Below, in pieces: positions 40,431 through 53,891 of a DNA stretch of 64,000 nucleotides. A model generated the notes under the pieces. That model was not told where the DNA came from. It ran no database searches and saw nothing but the letters and a program-made list of their open reading frames with translations. The stretch spans positions 21,077,869 to 21,141,868 of the forward strand of contig CM119268.1 in assembly GCA_051294375.1 (NCBI GenBank), read 5' to 3'. Position numbers and translations under genes: made by a program. This DNA comes from Paraspadella gotoi. Its lineage: Eukaryota; Animalia; Chaetognatha. Position 1 is the first letter of the stretch. Every line of letters begins with the position of its first letter.

Positions 40431-41817
40431 AAAATAATAAAATTGTCGAACGTTAGACTAGTGAAAAAAGATTAAGAGTTTGTGGAGCAAAGAGAGACAA
40501 GGGGATATGATGGAGCAGGAGTTAAAGACAAGGAGAGCAAAAATTAATTGAAAATAGGAGCAACATTTGATTAAAATATCGTAGATGCGATTCTGCGTGA
40601 AAGTTTGACGGAGTTATAACAAAAGTTGAAGTTTGAAAGAATTAAAAGTCAAAAGGAGAAGAAACGTGTTCGGTGACGTCTCGTCTCAGGGCTCGTTTAA
40701 CGCTTGGAAGCCCTCACGTCAACTTCTGGCCCACGTCACGCCAACGTCACGCCAACGTCACGCTAGCGTTAAGGCATCACATTTTTCGCTCGAAGTCTCA
40801 ACGACTTTGTTCTTTTAACAGTCGTGTTGTTTCATTTATTTTATTTTAAAAGATATAATAAAATACTCAAAACGACTCATCAGGCTTTAACTCAATAATA
40901 AACACTGTTTAGTAAACAGTGTTTAGTAAACAGTGTTTACAATGCAATCGTTATTAATTTTCACAACCAGCGTCTTGATTCCTCTGCGATGAACCTGTGA
41001 ACATTTAAAAAAAACACTTTTCTTTCCTATCATTTATTTTTTGTTAAAATTTTTTTCTCTTGACAAATTCTAAAAAAATTCGAATGGAGGAAAATGGAAA
41101 TCGAAAGAAGAAAAGTTCTGAGGAGTGAAGCGGAATTCGTGGTCGATGTTTCAAAACAACTGTGTGGGACTTTGTTTTGATTGGCTGAACATATCTCGAA
41201 ACAACTGTTCTTAATGCAGTTGTCTTTGCTGGGTTGCTTAGACGTAGGTGAAATCAGACAGCGCAGAATTAACCCTCAAATATTATTCTAAAATTACAAT
41301 GTGAAAAATATTTATTATTTTATTTACTGCCTATATATATTTTTAAAATCTTTAAATCTAGTCATAGTTTTTGTCATCGTCGATGTGATCTAAAAAAAAC
41401 CCCAAAACTATGAAATGATATTTTTCTTTCTAAAATTCTGTGAGCGTCTGCAAAAGTGAGCGACTTTCTGAATGCCTGAATGCGCGAGAAAATGTGATCA
41501 TCTGTGAAAGTCTCTAAAATTCTGGGAACTCGGAAGAATTTTCGGGATCGTCTGTGGAATTCGATTTTATGTGATCGCTAACAAAGATCGACGGGAAGCG
41601 AGAGAGAGGGAGAGGGAGAGAGAGAGAGAGAGGAAGAAGGAATGTAGGGAGGAGGAGAAGGAGGAAGAGGGGAATGTAAGAGAAAATAGGGAGGAAAGAA
41701 GATATAAGAGTTTAAGGGATGGAGGAAAACGGGTACGAAGCCTGTAAGAGTGAGAGAGGGGGAATATAAAAAGAGGAAAGAAAATTTNNNNNNNNNNNNN
41801 NNNNNNNNNNNNGTTCG

Positions 41818-42670
41818 AGTGGCAAAATAATTGAGGTAAAAAGAAAAAAAGCGAAAGAAAAATGTGATAAGTGGCAAAAAGAAAAAGGAAAGAATGTGAT
41901 CAAATGGCAGAAATGAAAAAAAGGAAAGAAAATGTGATCAAATGGAGAATAAAGAAAAAACTGGAAAGAAAATGTGATCAAATGTGGAAAAGGACAAAAA
42001 GAGAAAGAAATTGTATCAAGTGGCAAAAAGAAAAAAGGAAAGAAAATGTGCGGGGATCGGCAGTTGGCAAAAAGAAAAAAAAAAACTGTGATCAATGCGC
42101 AAATAGGAAAAAAAATGTGATCATAATGGGGGAATAAAAAAAACAAAAGGAAGAAAATGTGATCAAGTTGGCAAAAAGAAAAAAGGAAATTAAAATGTGA
42201 TCAAGTGGCAGAAACGAATAAAAGGAAAGAAATATGTGATCAACATGAAAGAAAATAAGGGAAAGCAAAATGTTGATCAATGACGCGAAATAAAGAAAAA
42301 AAGGAAGAAATTGTGATCAAGTGTGGCAAAAAGAAAAAAAGGGATAAGAAAATGTGATCGAGTGGCAAAAAAGAAAAAAAATGATGATCCAAATGGCAAA
42401 AAGAAAAAATATATTCGCTGATCAAATGGGACAAAAATGAAAAAAAGGAAAAAAAATGTGATTCAAGTGGCAAAAAGAAAAATCTCTCTCTTTAAAAGGA
42501 AAGAAAATGTGATCAAGTGGCAAAAAGAAAAAAAGGAAAGAAAATGTGATCAAATGAAAAAAAGAAAAAAGGGAAGAAAATGTGATCAAATGGCAAAAAG
42601 AAAAAAAAGGAAAGAAAAAGTGATCAAATGGCAAAAAGAAAAAAAGGAAAGAGACGGGTTTGTGATAAAA
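41818..42670. repeat. ~36-bp minisatellite (aaaatgtgatcaartggcaaaaagaaaaaaaggaaag)n
   Basis: Over 20 tandem units marked by tgtgatcaa. Confidence 0.93.
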
Positions 42671-43576
42671 TGACAGGGCTATTACGAGGGAAGGAGGAAA
42701 GGAACGAAAGGAGAGAAGAAATTGAGCGAAAAAGAAAAGAAGGTGGATGAATGATTCGGAAGAAAAAGAGGAAAGAAAAGGCGAAAGATGTTGCGAGAAA
42801 AATGAAAGAAAGAAAGAAAGAAAGAAAGAGAGAAATAAAGAAAGAGAGAGAGAAAAATGAAAAAGTTAACAAATAAAAAAATACATTAGGTCTGATGAAT
42901 ATAAGGTTTTATCTTGTAAAAATTGAAAATAAACTGATAAAGATGCGAAAATGGGTGAATCTCTCAACTTAAAAAAAATTTAAATTCGATTCAAGATGGC
43001 GGATTTTGAGTGAAGAAAGGCTGACGTCAGGAGGAAGAAGAGGATTTTGACGTGTGGAATGGGGGCGTCACTAGGAAGTGGAGGATCTTTTATTTGTCTA
43101 TTTCGACGCTCATTCCCGTCGGAGTAAGGAGAGGGAGAGAGAGAGAGAGAGGGAGAGAGAGAGAGAGNNNNNNNNNNNNNNNNNNNNNNNNNNNNNNNNN
43201 NNNNNNNNNNNNNNNNNNNNNNNNNNNNNNNNNNNNNNNNNNNNNNNNNNNNNNNNNNNNNNNNNNNNNNGGGGAGAAAAGAAGAGAGAGCGAGAGCGAG
43301 CGAGCGCGAGAGAGAGGTAAGGCGTCGAAGCGGTGAAATCCTTTTTTTTCTTAAGATGTTAATCGAATCTGATTAGTAGGAATCGAAATTCACGAAGAAA
43401 GAAAATAAAAAAACGACAAATAAAAAACAAATAAAAAAAGCAAAGAGATGTTTTGCAAAACAAATATTCTTCGCAGGTGAGAAAACCTTTCGAGTTTGAA
43501 TTAAAGTTTCGATGCAAAGAAGTAGAATTTCTTTAGTTGAAATAAAGAAAATGTGATTTCTAGTGTGACTGATATC

Positions 43577-43647
<71 letters not shown>

Positions 43648-44458
43648 ATCTTTCTTTCTTTCTTTCCTTTCTCAATTCCTCCTTCTCCCCCTCTATCTTT
43701 CTATCCTATTTTCCTCTTCTCCGACTTTTCTATCTTTTTCTTTCTTTTCTTTCTTTTTTTTCAAAACCGTTTCGTTTTCTCTCTGTCCCTCTGGAGGTGA
43801 ATTTCAATTCAAAACGCATTCAATTTTTTTTTGCTTTTCACAAAATCCAATAATCTAATCTTCTTCTATCTTTTAAAATAAAACGAAAAAAAAAGACCGA
43901 GAGCGAGACAGCATCTCTCTCTCTTCTCTCTCTCCTCTGTTCTCTCTTCTCTCTCTTCTTTGTCTCCTCTCTTCGTCTCTCCTCTCTCTCTCTCTCTTCT
44001 CTCTTCTCTTTCTTCTCTCCTCTCTCCTCTCTCCTCTTCATCTCTCTTCTTCTCTCCTCTCTTCTCTCTNNNNNNNNNNNNNNNNNNNNNNNNNNNNGAG
44101 AGAGAGAGAGAGAATACAAGAGGGAGGTCCGTCTCTTTTCATGGCTTATTTGCGAAAAGAATAGAGTGATCTCATTCCTCTTAACTCCTCTTTTTCCTCC
44201 TCCTACTACTCCTCCTCCTCCTACTCCTCTTCCAACTCTTCCTCCTTCTCCTCCTCCTTTTCTTCTTATCAATAATTCCTAAAATTCTTCCTTCTTTTCT
44301 CTTTTCTACAATGAGTGAATTTAAACAAACATATATTTTTGAATTAATTTTTATATTTTGGTTATTTTTTGGCGCAATGATAAATCTTTTTTAGTTTACG
44401 TCATCCATGAAAAATGTTTTTCGATTCTCCAATGAAAAATTCAATCGAAGAAGAAATT

Positions 44459-44577
<119 letters not shown>

Positions 44578-45093
44578 AATGTTGGATATTCATAGATTTT
44601 TTTTGTCGTTTAGACATCGAACCGTTTGATGGGAATGGAAGGAGTAGAGAGAGGAGAAGAAGGAACGAGGGAAGAAAAGGAGGAGAGAGGAAGGAGAGGA
44701 GGAGGAGAGAGGGAGGAAAGGGAGGAGAGAAGGAGGAAAAGAAGGAGAGAGAGAGGAGAAGAGATGGGAGAAGGAGAATCGAGGGAGGAAAGAGGGTGGA
44801 AATAGGGGAAAGAGAGGGAGGAGAGAAGGAAGAAACAGATGAGAAGTCGAAGGATTATATAAATAAATGAATGAATGAATGAATGAATGAATGAATGAAT
44901 GAATGAATGAATGAATAAAATAATAGAAAAATAAACAAAACACCGAATAAAATAAGTAATTAGGAAAAAGAAACCAAAAAAGCAAAACGATTTTAAAACT
45001 TAAACATTAATTTCAAAGTTTCAAAAATCTGATCAATTTCAATTTCAAAATCTTTTCAATTTTCCGTAGAGTCGGGTCAAAACGTTGACTCAC

Positions 45094-45263
45094 CCGGTCT
45101 GCCTGAAGACGTATTTGTTGACGTCGACGGAGGCGTCGAAGGGCGTCTTCCCGTCGGTCGTCAAGAACCGGATGTCGGTCGGGTCGCTTCCCGTGCGGAT
45201 CCAGGCCGCCGGAGTCTCGGACCGACAATCCAGGGTCACTGATCGTCCGACAGGGACCGCCAC
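45094..45263 (-). CDS. Exon encoding the first half of a V-set Ig domain
   Basis: Acceptor ctctttctctcccag|GTG, donor ACCGG|gtgagt, 170 bp. VAVPVGRSVTLDCRSETPAAWIRTG...KYVFRQTG has the B-strand Cys and C-strand Trp. Phase 2 joins exon 27626. Confidence 0.88.
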
Positions 45264-47103
45264 CTGGGAGAGAAAGAGTTTTGATTAGATTTTGAGTTTA
45301 ATTTTAATTTTAATTTTAATTTTAATTTTAATTTTAATTTTAATTTTAATTTTAATTTTAATTTAATTTGATTTTGCTTGATTGTCAAGATTGGCTCGAT
45401 TTAAATTAGCTACAAAATGTATGTACAAAATATACTCTGTCAAAAACAATCTTTTCTCTTTTTTTACCGATTTGAAATGTTCTATTAAACTTATCTTATT
45501 TTATTTCTTTCCTTCTTACTCCCACTGATAAGAAAAAGAGTTTTGATTTCTTTTCCAGGTTTCAAAAGAGGAGAAATGATTTGTCGTCTCTCTCTNNNNN
45601 NNNNNNNNNNNNNNNNNNNNNNNNNNNNNNNNNNNNNNNNNNNNNNNNNNNNNNNNNNNNNNNNNNNNNNNNNNNNNNNNNNNNNNNNNNNNNNNNNNNN
45701 NNNNNNNNNNNNNNNNNNNNNNNNNNNNNNNNNNNNNNNNNNNNNNNNNNNNNNNNNNNNNNNNNNNNNNNNNNNNNNNNNNNNNNNNNNNNNNNNNNNN
45801 NNNNNNNNNNNNNNNNNNNNNNNNNNNNNNNNNNNNNNNNNNNNNNNNNNNNNNNNNNNNNNNNNNNNNNNNNNNNNNNNNNNNNNNNNNNNNNNNNNNN
45901 NNNNNNNNNNNNNNNNNNNNNNNNNNNNNNNNNNNNNNNNNNNNNNNNNNNNNNNNNNNNNNNNNNNNNNNNNNNNNNNNNNNNNNNNNNNNNNNNNNNN
46001 NNNNNNNNNNNNNNNNNNNNNNNNNNNNNNNNNNNNNNNNNNNNNNNNNNNNNNNNNNNNNNNNNNNNNNNNCGAAGCAGTTTTCGCGGTTTTGATTATT
46101 CACACCTTTTCACAGGGATTTTCTTTCTCGATAACATAATTTCCTTGACGAGCTTTTGTGATCAAGACATTTCTAGATATTTACGTATATAAACGTATCT
46201 ATTATTAACTTAACTGTTTTCTTTTGTGATTCAACAGTTAATAACTTTATGCGAAGAACTTTATCGACGTCACAGAACTTTACTTTTCGGATTCGCTTTA
46301 TTTTTCTTTTTTCTTTTTACCCTCTTTCTTTTTACCCTCCACCCCATTTATCCCCCTCCACTCCCCCCTTTCAAATCCTCCCCCTTCCACACCCCAAACG
46401 ACGGGATCGCGCGCGAAATTCGTCATTAACGTTGTCGCTCGAACGAACGTCAAAGGAGTTTCCTTCGGCCCTGACTTCCGGCGGAGGAGGAAAATTCTTA
46501 TTGCCGTAATTAAATCCTTCACAGCCTCAAGTAGACTGGAACCCTGGAACGAGAAAAATCAAAGCGCCGACCGTCTCACAGTCTTGGATCAAGGGAAGGG
46601 TGCGGGCGGGAAAGGACCGTTAGATAGACAAAAAAAAGTCTTGGGACTCATAATTGTAGTTAAAAGAATAGCTCAAAATTCATTAAAATTATGGAACGAT
46701 AAAAATCAAAGCCTGACCTAAATAAGGGTAAAAAAGGTTGTGGAAAGACAACAAAAATTTAAAGAATTGTTCTGGAAACTACTAAAAGTTTAAAAAATAT
46801 CTCATAAAGCTTTCATCAATAAAAAAAATATCGGCAGTTAGAAATATTAAGTCCAAGTTTGAAGTTTGAATGAAAAATTCAAAGAACGAGACAGGAAATG
46901 ATGTTATTATTATATATTGTTAATAAAAATTAAAATTAAATTTTATTCTATGAAACAACTCGAACTAGAAATTCACAAGTTAGAATTTATTTTTAATTGT
47001 TAGAAATGATGTATGAGTTCTTTTTTAACTAATTAGTTGGGGAACTTGGAGATCATTTCCAAAGTGTCGTGAACTGTTTAATTCGTGAAGCGGAGGAATG
47101 CTT

Positions 47104-47192
<89 letters not shown>

Positions 47193-47466
47193 TTGAGCTC
47201 AACGGGGAATTTTTGAATCTATGAATGAATTAAGAACCGTAATGCTTAAGAGGAAAGAATAAAGGAGTGAATTAACTGCTTCAATAATAAGTGAATGAAT
47301 GAATAAATAAATGAAATGATGAATAAATGATTTAATTAAACATTGAGCAAATGAATGAATCAGGGGCCATAAACCAACTACGTGAGGTTTTAATATTTGT
47401 CGAAGTTCGTAAATTATCCATGAAGAAAAGAAAGAAAAATATGGTTAAAAACCCTTTGTCTATTTT

Positions 47467-47497
<31 letters not shown>

Positions 47498-47572
47498 ATT
47501 GCGTGAACCACAGATTAAGATTAATCAGAATCTATTTCTTTTCTGACTTCCATTCTTTGGAAACGAGCGAGC

Positions 47573-47612
<40 letters not shown>

Positions 47613-50600
47613 TTTCTCAGTTCCCCCTCCAGGGCATCGCGTCATGATGCTCATGCGGAGATCAGGAAAGAGGAAAAAGATTCCTTTCTCGATGGCCGAG
47701 TGGTCAGACGAATCGTTCTCGGCCAAACAAATCTNNNNNNNNNNNNNNNNNNNNNNNNNNNNNNNNNNNNNNNNNNNNNNNNNNNNNNNNNNNNNNNNNN
47801 NNNNNNNNNNNNNNNNNNNNNNNNNNNNNNNNNNNNNNNNNNNNNNNNNNNNNNNNNNNNNNNNNNNNNNNNNNNNNNNNNNNNNNNNNNNNNNNNNNNN
47901 NNNNNNNNNNNNNNNNNNNNNNNNNNNNNNNNNNNNNNNNNNNNNNNNNNNNNNNNNNNNNNNNNNNNNNNNNNNNNNNNNNNNNNNNNNNNNNNNNNNN
48001 NNNNNNNNNNNNNNNNNNNNNNNNNNNNNNNNNNNNNNNNNNNNNNNNNNNNNNNNNNNNNNNNNNNNNNNNNNNNNNNNNNNNNNNNNNNNNNNNNNNN
48101 NNNNNNNNNNNNNNNNNNNNNNNNNNNNNNNNNNNNNNNNNNNNNNNNNNNNNNNNNNNNNNNNNNNNNNNNNNNNNNNNNNNNNNNNNNNNNNNNNNNN
48201 NNNNNNNNNNNNNNNNNNNNNNNNNNNNNNNNNNNNNNNNNNNNNNNNNNNNNNNNNNNNTCAGAGTTCCTACGGTCGCCATTGGAAACGAGAGCAGCGC
48301 CAGCGTGGACGCCAATAAACAAAAGGCGCTCTTAGTCCAAACGGGCATNNNNNNNNNNGTCGTCGTCGTCATCGTCGTCTTGAGAAGCATCGCATCGGAT
48401 TTTTTCAGATATTTCGTTTTATTAATTTCCTTTGTTTATTTTAATTATTTTCGTTATTTTTAAGGGCATTTTTTTAAATATTTCTTTTTTAAAAATTTGT
48501 TATTAAAGAAATATTCGTTACGTTATTAGTACAACAATATAGAGAGAGAGAGAGAGACGCGAAATGAAAATCAACAGAGATGGAGACATCGCGGTTGGAA
48601 AGAAAGTTAAGAAGTCGTTGAGACGGAGAGGACAGATGGAGAGGGAGTCGTTCAGATGGAGAGGGAGTCGTTCAGATAGAGAAGGATGATTCCGCTATCA
48701 CTTTTCGTAGAAAGAGCGAAGATAGAAAGGGAGACGGATAGAGAGAGAGAGACGCGGAGACGGAGGGAGAGCGAGTCGTATCCAAGATTAAAAGTCGTCT
48801 CTTCGTTTGAAAAGTTGGAATCGAAGTTTAGAAGGAATTCCATTTTTTGGGCGGAAAAAATCAATTTGTTTCTTTTTATCTGAAAATGAGAAAGATTGAA
48901 ATAATTAATAAGGGAAGAGAAATAAGTAAATGACAATAAATAATGACAAAATGACAATAAATAATAAACGAAACGCGGTTAAATTTCAAACATAGACAGA
49001 ATGTAAGAGAGAGAGAGAGAGAGAGNNNNNNNNNNNNNNNNNNNNNNNNNNNNNNNNNNNNNNNNNNNNNNNNNNNNNNNNNNNNNNNNNNNNNNNNNNN
49101 NNNNNNNNNNNNNNNNNNNNNNNNNNNNNNNNNNNNNNNNNNNNNNNNNNNNNNNNNNNNNNNNNNNNNNNNNNNNNNNNNNNNNNNNNNNNNNNNNNNN
49201 NNNNNNNNNNNNNTCTCTCTCTCTCTCACTTCATTCAGATTCACACTCCTGAGGTTTTTATGGATTTAATCCCGCGACTCAACATCAATTTAAGCTTTCA
49301 TCTCATGAGACTTTAAAGCTTCGTTCTCGACTAAAGCATTTATTCAGTCGATCCTTATTATCCTTATTATTGTTTAATATTTATCAAGTTGTCAATTATT
49401 CTAATGATTCTAAAGGTTAATACTTTTAAACAACCTCTAATTAATTAAACCGTAATTAAATTTAAACGTTTCTTATATTTAAATCAGTAGTCATAATAAA
49501 AGAGAAATCTTTGTATCTTTACCATAAAATTGATTGTTCTTCCGTTTGTGGTCATTAATGAGCATAATGTTTGTTTCTTTGATATGTTTAACTTTATTTA
49601 ATTACAATTTTTGACTTTCCTCCCTCTCCTCCTGTCTCTTCCTCTCTCTCTCTTTGTTTCTCTTCTTCTCTTTCTCTCTTCCTCTCTCTCTCTTCTTCTC
49701 TCTCTCTTCCTCTCTCTCCTCCTCTCTCTCTCTCTTCCTCTCTCACTCTTCTTCTCTCTCTTCCTATCTCTAAGCCTCTTCCTTTACTTGTCACGATGTT
49801 TCCCTCCACCGGTATTTCGNNNNNNNNNNNNNNNNNNNNNNNNNNNNNNNNNNNNNNNNNNNNNNNNNNNNNNNNNNNNNNNNNNNNNNNNNNNNNNNNN
49901 NNNNNNNNNNNNNNNNNNNNNNNNNNNNNNNNNNNNNNNNNNNNNNNNNNNNNNNNNNNNNNNNNNNNNNNNNNNNNNNNNNNNNNNNNNNNNNNNNNNN
50001 NNNNNNNNNNNNNNNNNNNNNNNNNNNNNNNNNNNNNNNNNNNNNNNNNNNNNNNNNNNNNNNNNNNNNNNNNNNNNNNNNNNNNNNNNNNNNNNNNNNN
50101 NNNNNNNNNNNNNNNNNNNNNNNNNNNNNNNNNNNNNNNNNNNNNNNNNNNNNNNNNNNNNNNNNNNNNNNNNNNNNNNNNNNNNNNNNNNNNNNNNNNN
50201 NNNNNNNNNNNNNNNNNNNNNNNNNNNNNNNNNNNNNNNNNNNNNNNNNNNNNNNNNNNNNNNNNNNNNNNNNNNNNNNNNNNNNNNNNNNNNNNNNNNN
50301 NNNNNNNNNNNNNNNNNNNNNNNNNNNNNNNNNNNNNNNNNNNNNNNNNNNNNNNNNNNNNNNNNNNNNNNNNNNNNNNNNNNNNNNNNNNNNNNNNNNN
50401 NNNNNNNNNNNNNNNNNNNNNNNNNNNNNNTTTTTCCGTCTTCATCCGTCCTATTTCCTATGTCAAAAATAGTTTCAAGAAAATATGATTAAAAACATTC
50501 CATTTATAATGATTTATATACATATATGAATGTCAATATAGATATGAATCCTTCCATTAAAAAAGTACATTTAACTTTTTTCATGTTTCATATCGGAAAA

Positions 50601-53216
50601 TCTTTCAACAGATTCTGATCCTTAATGGAGAAACTCAAAACCGAATATATTTCGTCCCACAAAAACTATAAATAAATAAATAAAAATGCGCATAATCTGG
50701 CAAGAGAGAGAGAGAAGAGAGAGCGAGAGATGAAGAGGAGATGGAGCAGGAGAGACGCAGAGGACTGGAGCGAGAGAGAGAGAGTCTAAGCATCAGCTGT
50801 CAATTCCATTCATCAATCTACGTCTGTCTTTCCCCGATATCAACTACAACAACAACAACAATCACAACTGAAACAGAAAACAATAAAAAAAAATCACATC
50901 AAAACAAAAAAACAAAAGAAAAAATAGGAACGAAAACATTGCACCGGATATTCAGCTCTGGAAGCAAAAAACAAAACAAAGAAAACAATGAGGTCGACGT
51001 AAAACGACGAAACAAATTCGGCGAATTCACGAAACGAGACGAAAAAAAAACAAAACAAAAGAAATAAAAACAACAATTTCGAAAGATAAATGCGGCGGAA
51101 ATTCTGCAGCAACTTTAGAAGATGAAAGCATTTCTGGGGATGAGATAATGTCACAGCACTTTTTTTCAGATACAGGTACAATATCATAGGAGATCATGTA
51201 TTAAATAAATGTATAATTAAATAAATAAATGAATAGCATTGTTAATGAGGCGGAGAGATAGAAGCAAAGAATTTTGAATAAAAAATAAAAAAATAGAAAG
51301 AAAAAAAAATAATTCAGACTCTTATTACATTAAAAGCAGGGAGAATGCAAACTTNNNNNNNNNNNNNNNNNNNNNNNNNNNNNNNNNNNNNNNNNNNNNN
51401 NNNNNNNNNNNNNNNNNNNNNNNNNNNNNNNNNNNNNNNNNNNNNNNNNNNNNNTTGGTCCGGCATAACCCGGGGCGCTTGATTGAGCAAGTCACGACAA
51501 TGACAAATCAAAATTTAAAACAAAATAACAAAAACAATTCCAAAGGCAAAGGCAAAGTCGTGTCATATAAAGAAACAAAAACAAAACCAGCTTAAGAGGA
51601 AAGGTCATTCAGCATAACAATGCGTAATCTTAGATGTATTAGAGCTAATATATCGAGAAATACATTATAGTCATCAGTAATCACAAAAAAAGTTTTTATT
51701 TATATGTACACATTCTTTTTTCAATCATTTTTTTAAAATCAGTAAATAACTAAATTGTTAAGTTAAATGGGTAAGCACATTTTATAAAGATTTGTTTTTC
51801 AATCTGATTGTTAAAAAATTCTAGGTAAGAAGTTAAAACACGGTAAGGGATAATTTAGAAGGGGAGAATAAACAATTAATCTTGTTACTCTGTTGGTTTT
51901 TCAGTCATGAACAAAATCTTCAGTTAAATAGATGGTAAAGAAATTTGAGCTACAATAAATCTATACTGAATTTGAAGAGTTGCAGCCTCAACGACTGCAA
52001 TAATATTGATTTAAAAATTTGATTAGCAATCTTAAAAACATTTGTAAAAATGTAATAGAGAGACATTTTGATAAACGCGTTCCAGTATGAAGAATTCGGG
52101 GTTAAAGTTTAAAAATGTTTTATTTTCAATGATACAAGCTGAAATTTAAAAATGTCTCTCTATAATAGTAGAACCAAATTCCGAAACTCGATCCCAAACC
52201 TTTTTTCATAATATTTTTATATTTTTGGATAGAGAATAACTGGAATAATGTATATTTCTTAAGTTATGTCTGAATTGGCCCATGGTTTAGAAGAAATCGA
52301 CCAAAAACACCAAAATTCCTCTCCCTTTTTTTCAAAATTCTCGCCTTTTAAGATTTTCGCCGATTCTGACTTCCTCTTACAAACTTTAATTCCGCTTGTT
52401 AATTTTTTTTCCTTTAACGAGCAAAAGGAATCAGCAACTTTCTAATCTTTTATAATTTCTAGTAAAAAAATATAATACATTACATTAACATTGGGATATT
52501 GTGAAAGTGTAATGTATTGTGAAGCCTGTGAAAGTTGAGTTATTAAAAAAATTTGCTTATTTTATTATTAAAAACTGACATTAAAGTGAAGAAGTTGAAC
52601 ATCTTCTGGCCCTTTCAGTAAACGTCCCTGTTCTCTAAAATAAGATAATGTTTACTTTTTTCTGGTGGAAAAGAAAGATAAATACTTAGACTGTAAAGGG
52701 GTGAATAATATTTTGTATAATTTTGTAAGCATGCTTGTAAAATCAGACAAGCAATTATTTAAGTGACAAAAAATTTACATTTTCTTTATCCAAAAAACTT
52801 TTAAGTTTTACTAGAGTACAATTTAGCTTTTTTTTCTTCAGAATCATTAAAAAGAATTTAATTTTTATTTATTCTTATGGGGTGACATTAGTTTTAAAAT
52901 TAATTATAATTTTGACTTAGTTTGACACTCACCCTGTAAATAGATTTCAGCCAAAATAATTCTAAAATTGTATCTTGTATGTGCCCTATGTATTATGGCT
53001 TCATTTTGGTACTATTGCCATCCCTTTACCTTTGTTCCTTAAAAGATATTAGGAAAAATAAGTTTTTTCTTTACCTTCCTTTTAATTCTTTTTAAAATAA
53101 ATTTCGCGATGAAAACTGGACCAATTCACTTTACCATGTTGGTTTAATATGAAAAAATTGGTCAATAATAACAAGAAAAATAGAATGAGCTCTAGGGACA
53201 CAAGGCTTTTGAAATC

Positions 53217-53645
53217 TGTGGCAAGGTCTCGGTGATGACACGGCGTGTCAGAGAGCTGTGACAACTGCTACGATATAGTCCTAAGATGTCTGCATTATAG
53301 ATTCATCAGAGAATGTAGTTCAGTGCAGGAAAGTATATCGTTGATTGTAGAATTGATTTGTATTATTTACTGATTGGTTGATCAATCATTGTTTAAGACA
53401 AAGTTTTTCTCTCTTGCTCAATGTACACTTTACATTAAGAGATGATGAATAAAAACGTGGTGAATAATATTTGAGACAAGTTTATTCATGCCAGGACAAA
53501 ATCAGTCTGACAGCTTCAGAAAACAATCAGTAAAAGTAGACAATCAATAAACAAAATCCAATCAGGTGAGACCTCTTCAGGTGAACCATTTGAAATCATT
53601 TGGAAACAAAAGTCTTGAAATATCAACTTGCTTGAGGTGGCTACA
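53217..53645 (-). repeat. 3-prime LTR
   Basis: Minus strand TGTAGCCAC...CTTGCCACA; matches 58943-59373 apart from about a dozen mostly indel differences. Confidence 0.95.
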
Positions 53646-53655
53646 TGCCCCCCTG
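53646..53655 (-). promoter_or_regulatory. Polypurine tract
   Basis: CAGGGGGGCA immediately precedes the 3-prime LTR on the minus strand. Confidence 0.8.
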
Positions 53656-53891
53656 TCGAAATATGTGGGTTATATATATTTTAAAATATATATATATTTA
53701 ATATATATCGAAATAACATAATTCGATAAAGTTGTTGTTGTCACCGAATGATTGGACGTAGAACATGATCAATGCTAATATGTATGTGTATAAAATAGAC
53801 AACATGTGATAAAGATTGATTCTAAAAATTCAAAAATATCTAAGGAATTATAATGTTTAAAGAAAAACGAAAGAATGATTAACAAGAATAA

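Noticed and set aside
41818-42670. 36-bp periodic repeat as a CRISPR array
   Set aside because: Units are head-to-tail with no unique spacers, there are no cas genes, and the context is eukaryotic.
46400-46545. Possible upstream exon of the Ig gene
   Set aside because: An acceptor-like site exists (ttctcgttccag), but I found no clear donor, signal peptide or Ig motif.
53650-53890. env-like third ORF in the retrotransposon
   Set aside because: Only ~240 bp of AT-rich sequence lies between the pol stop and the PPT.
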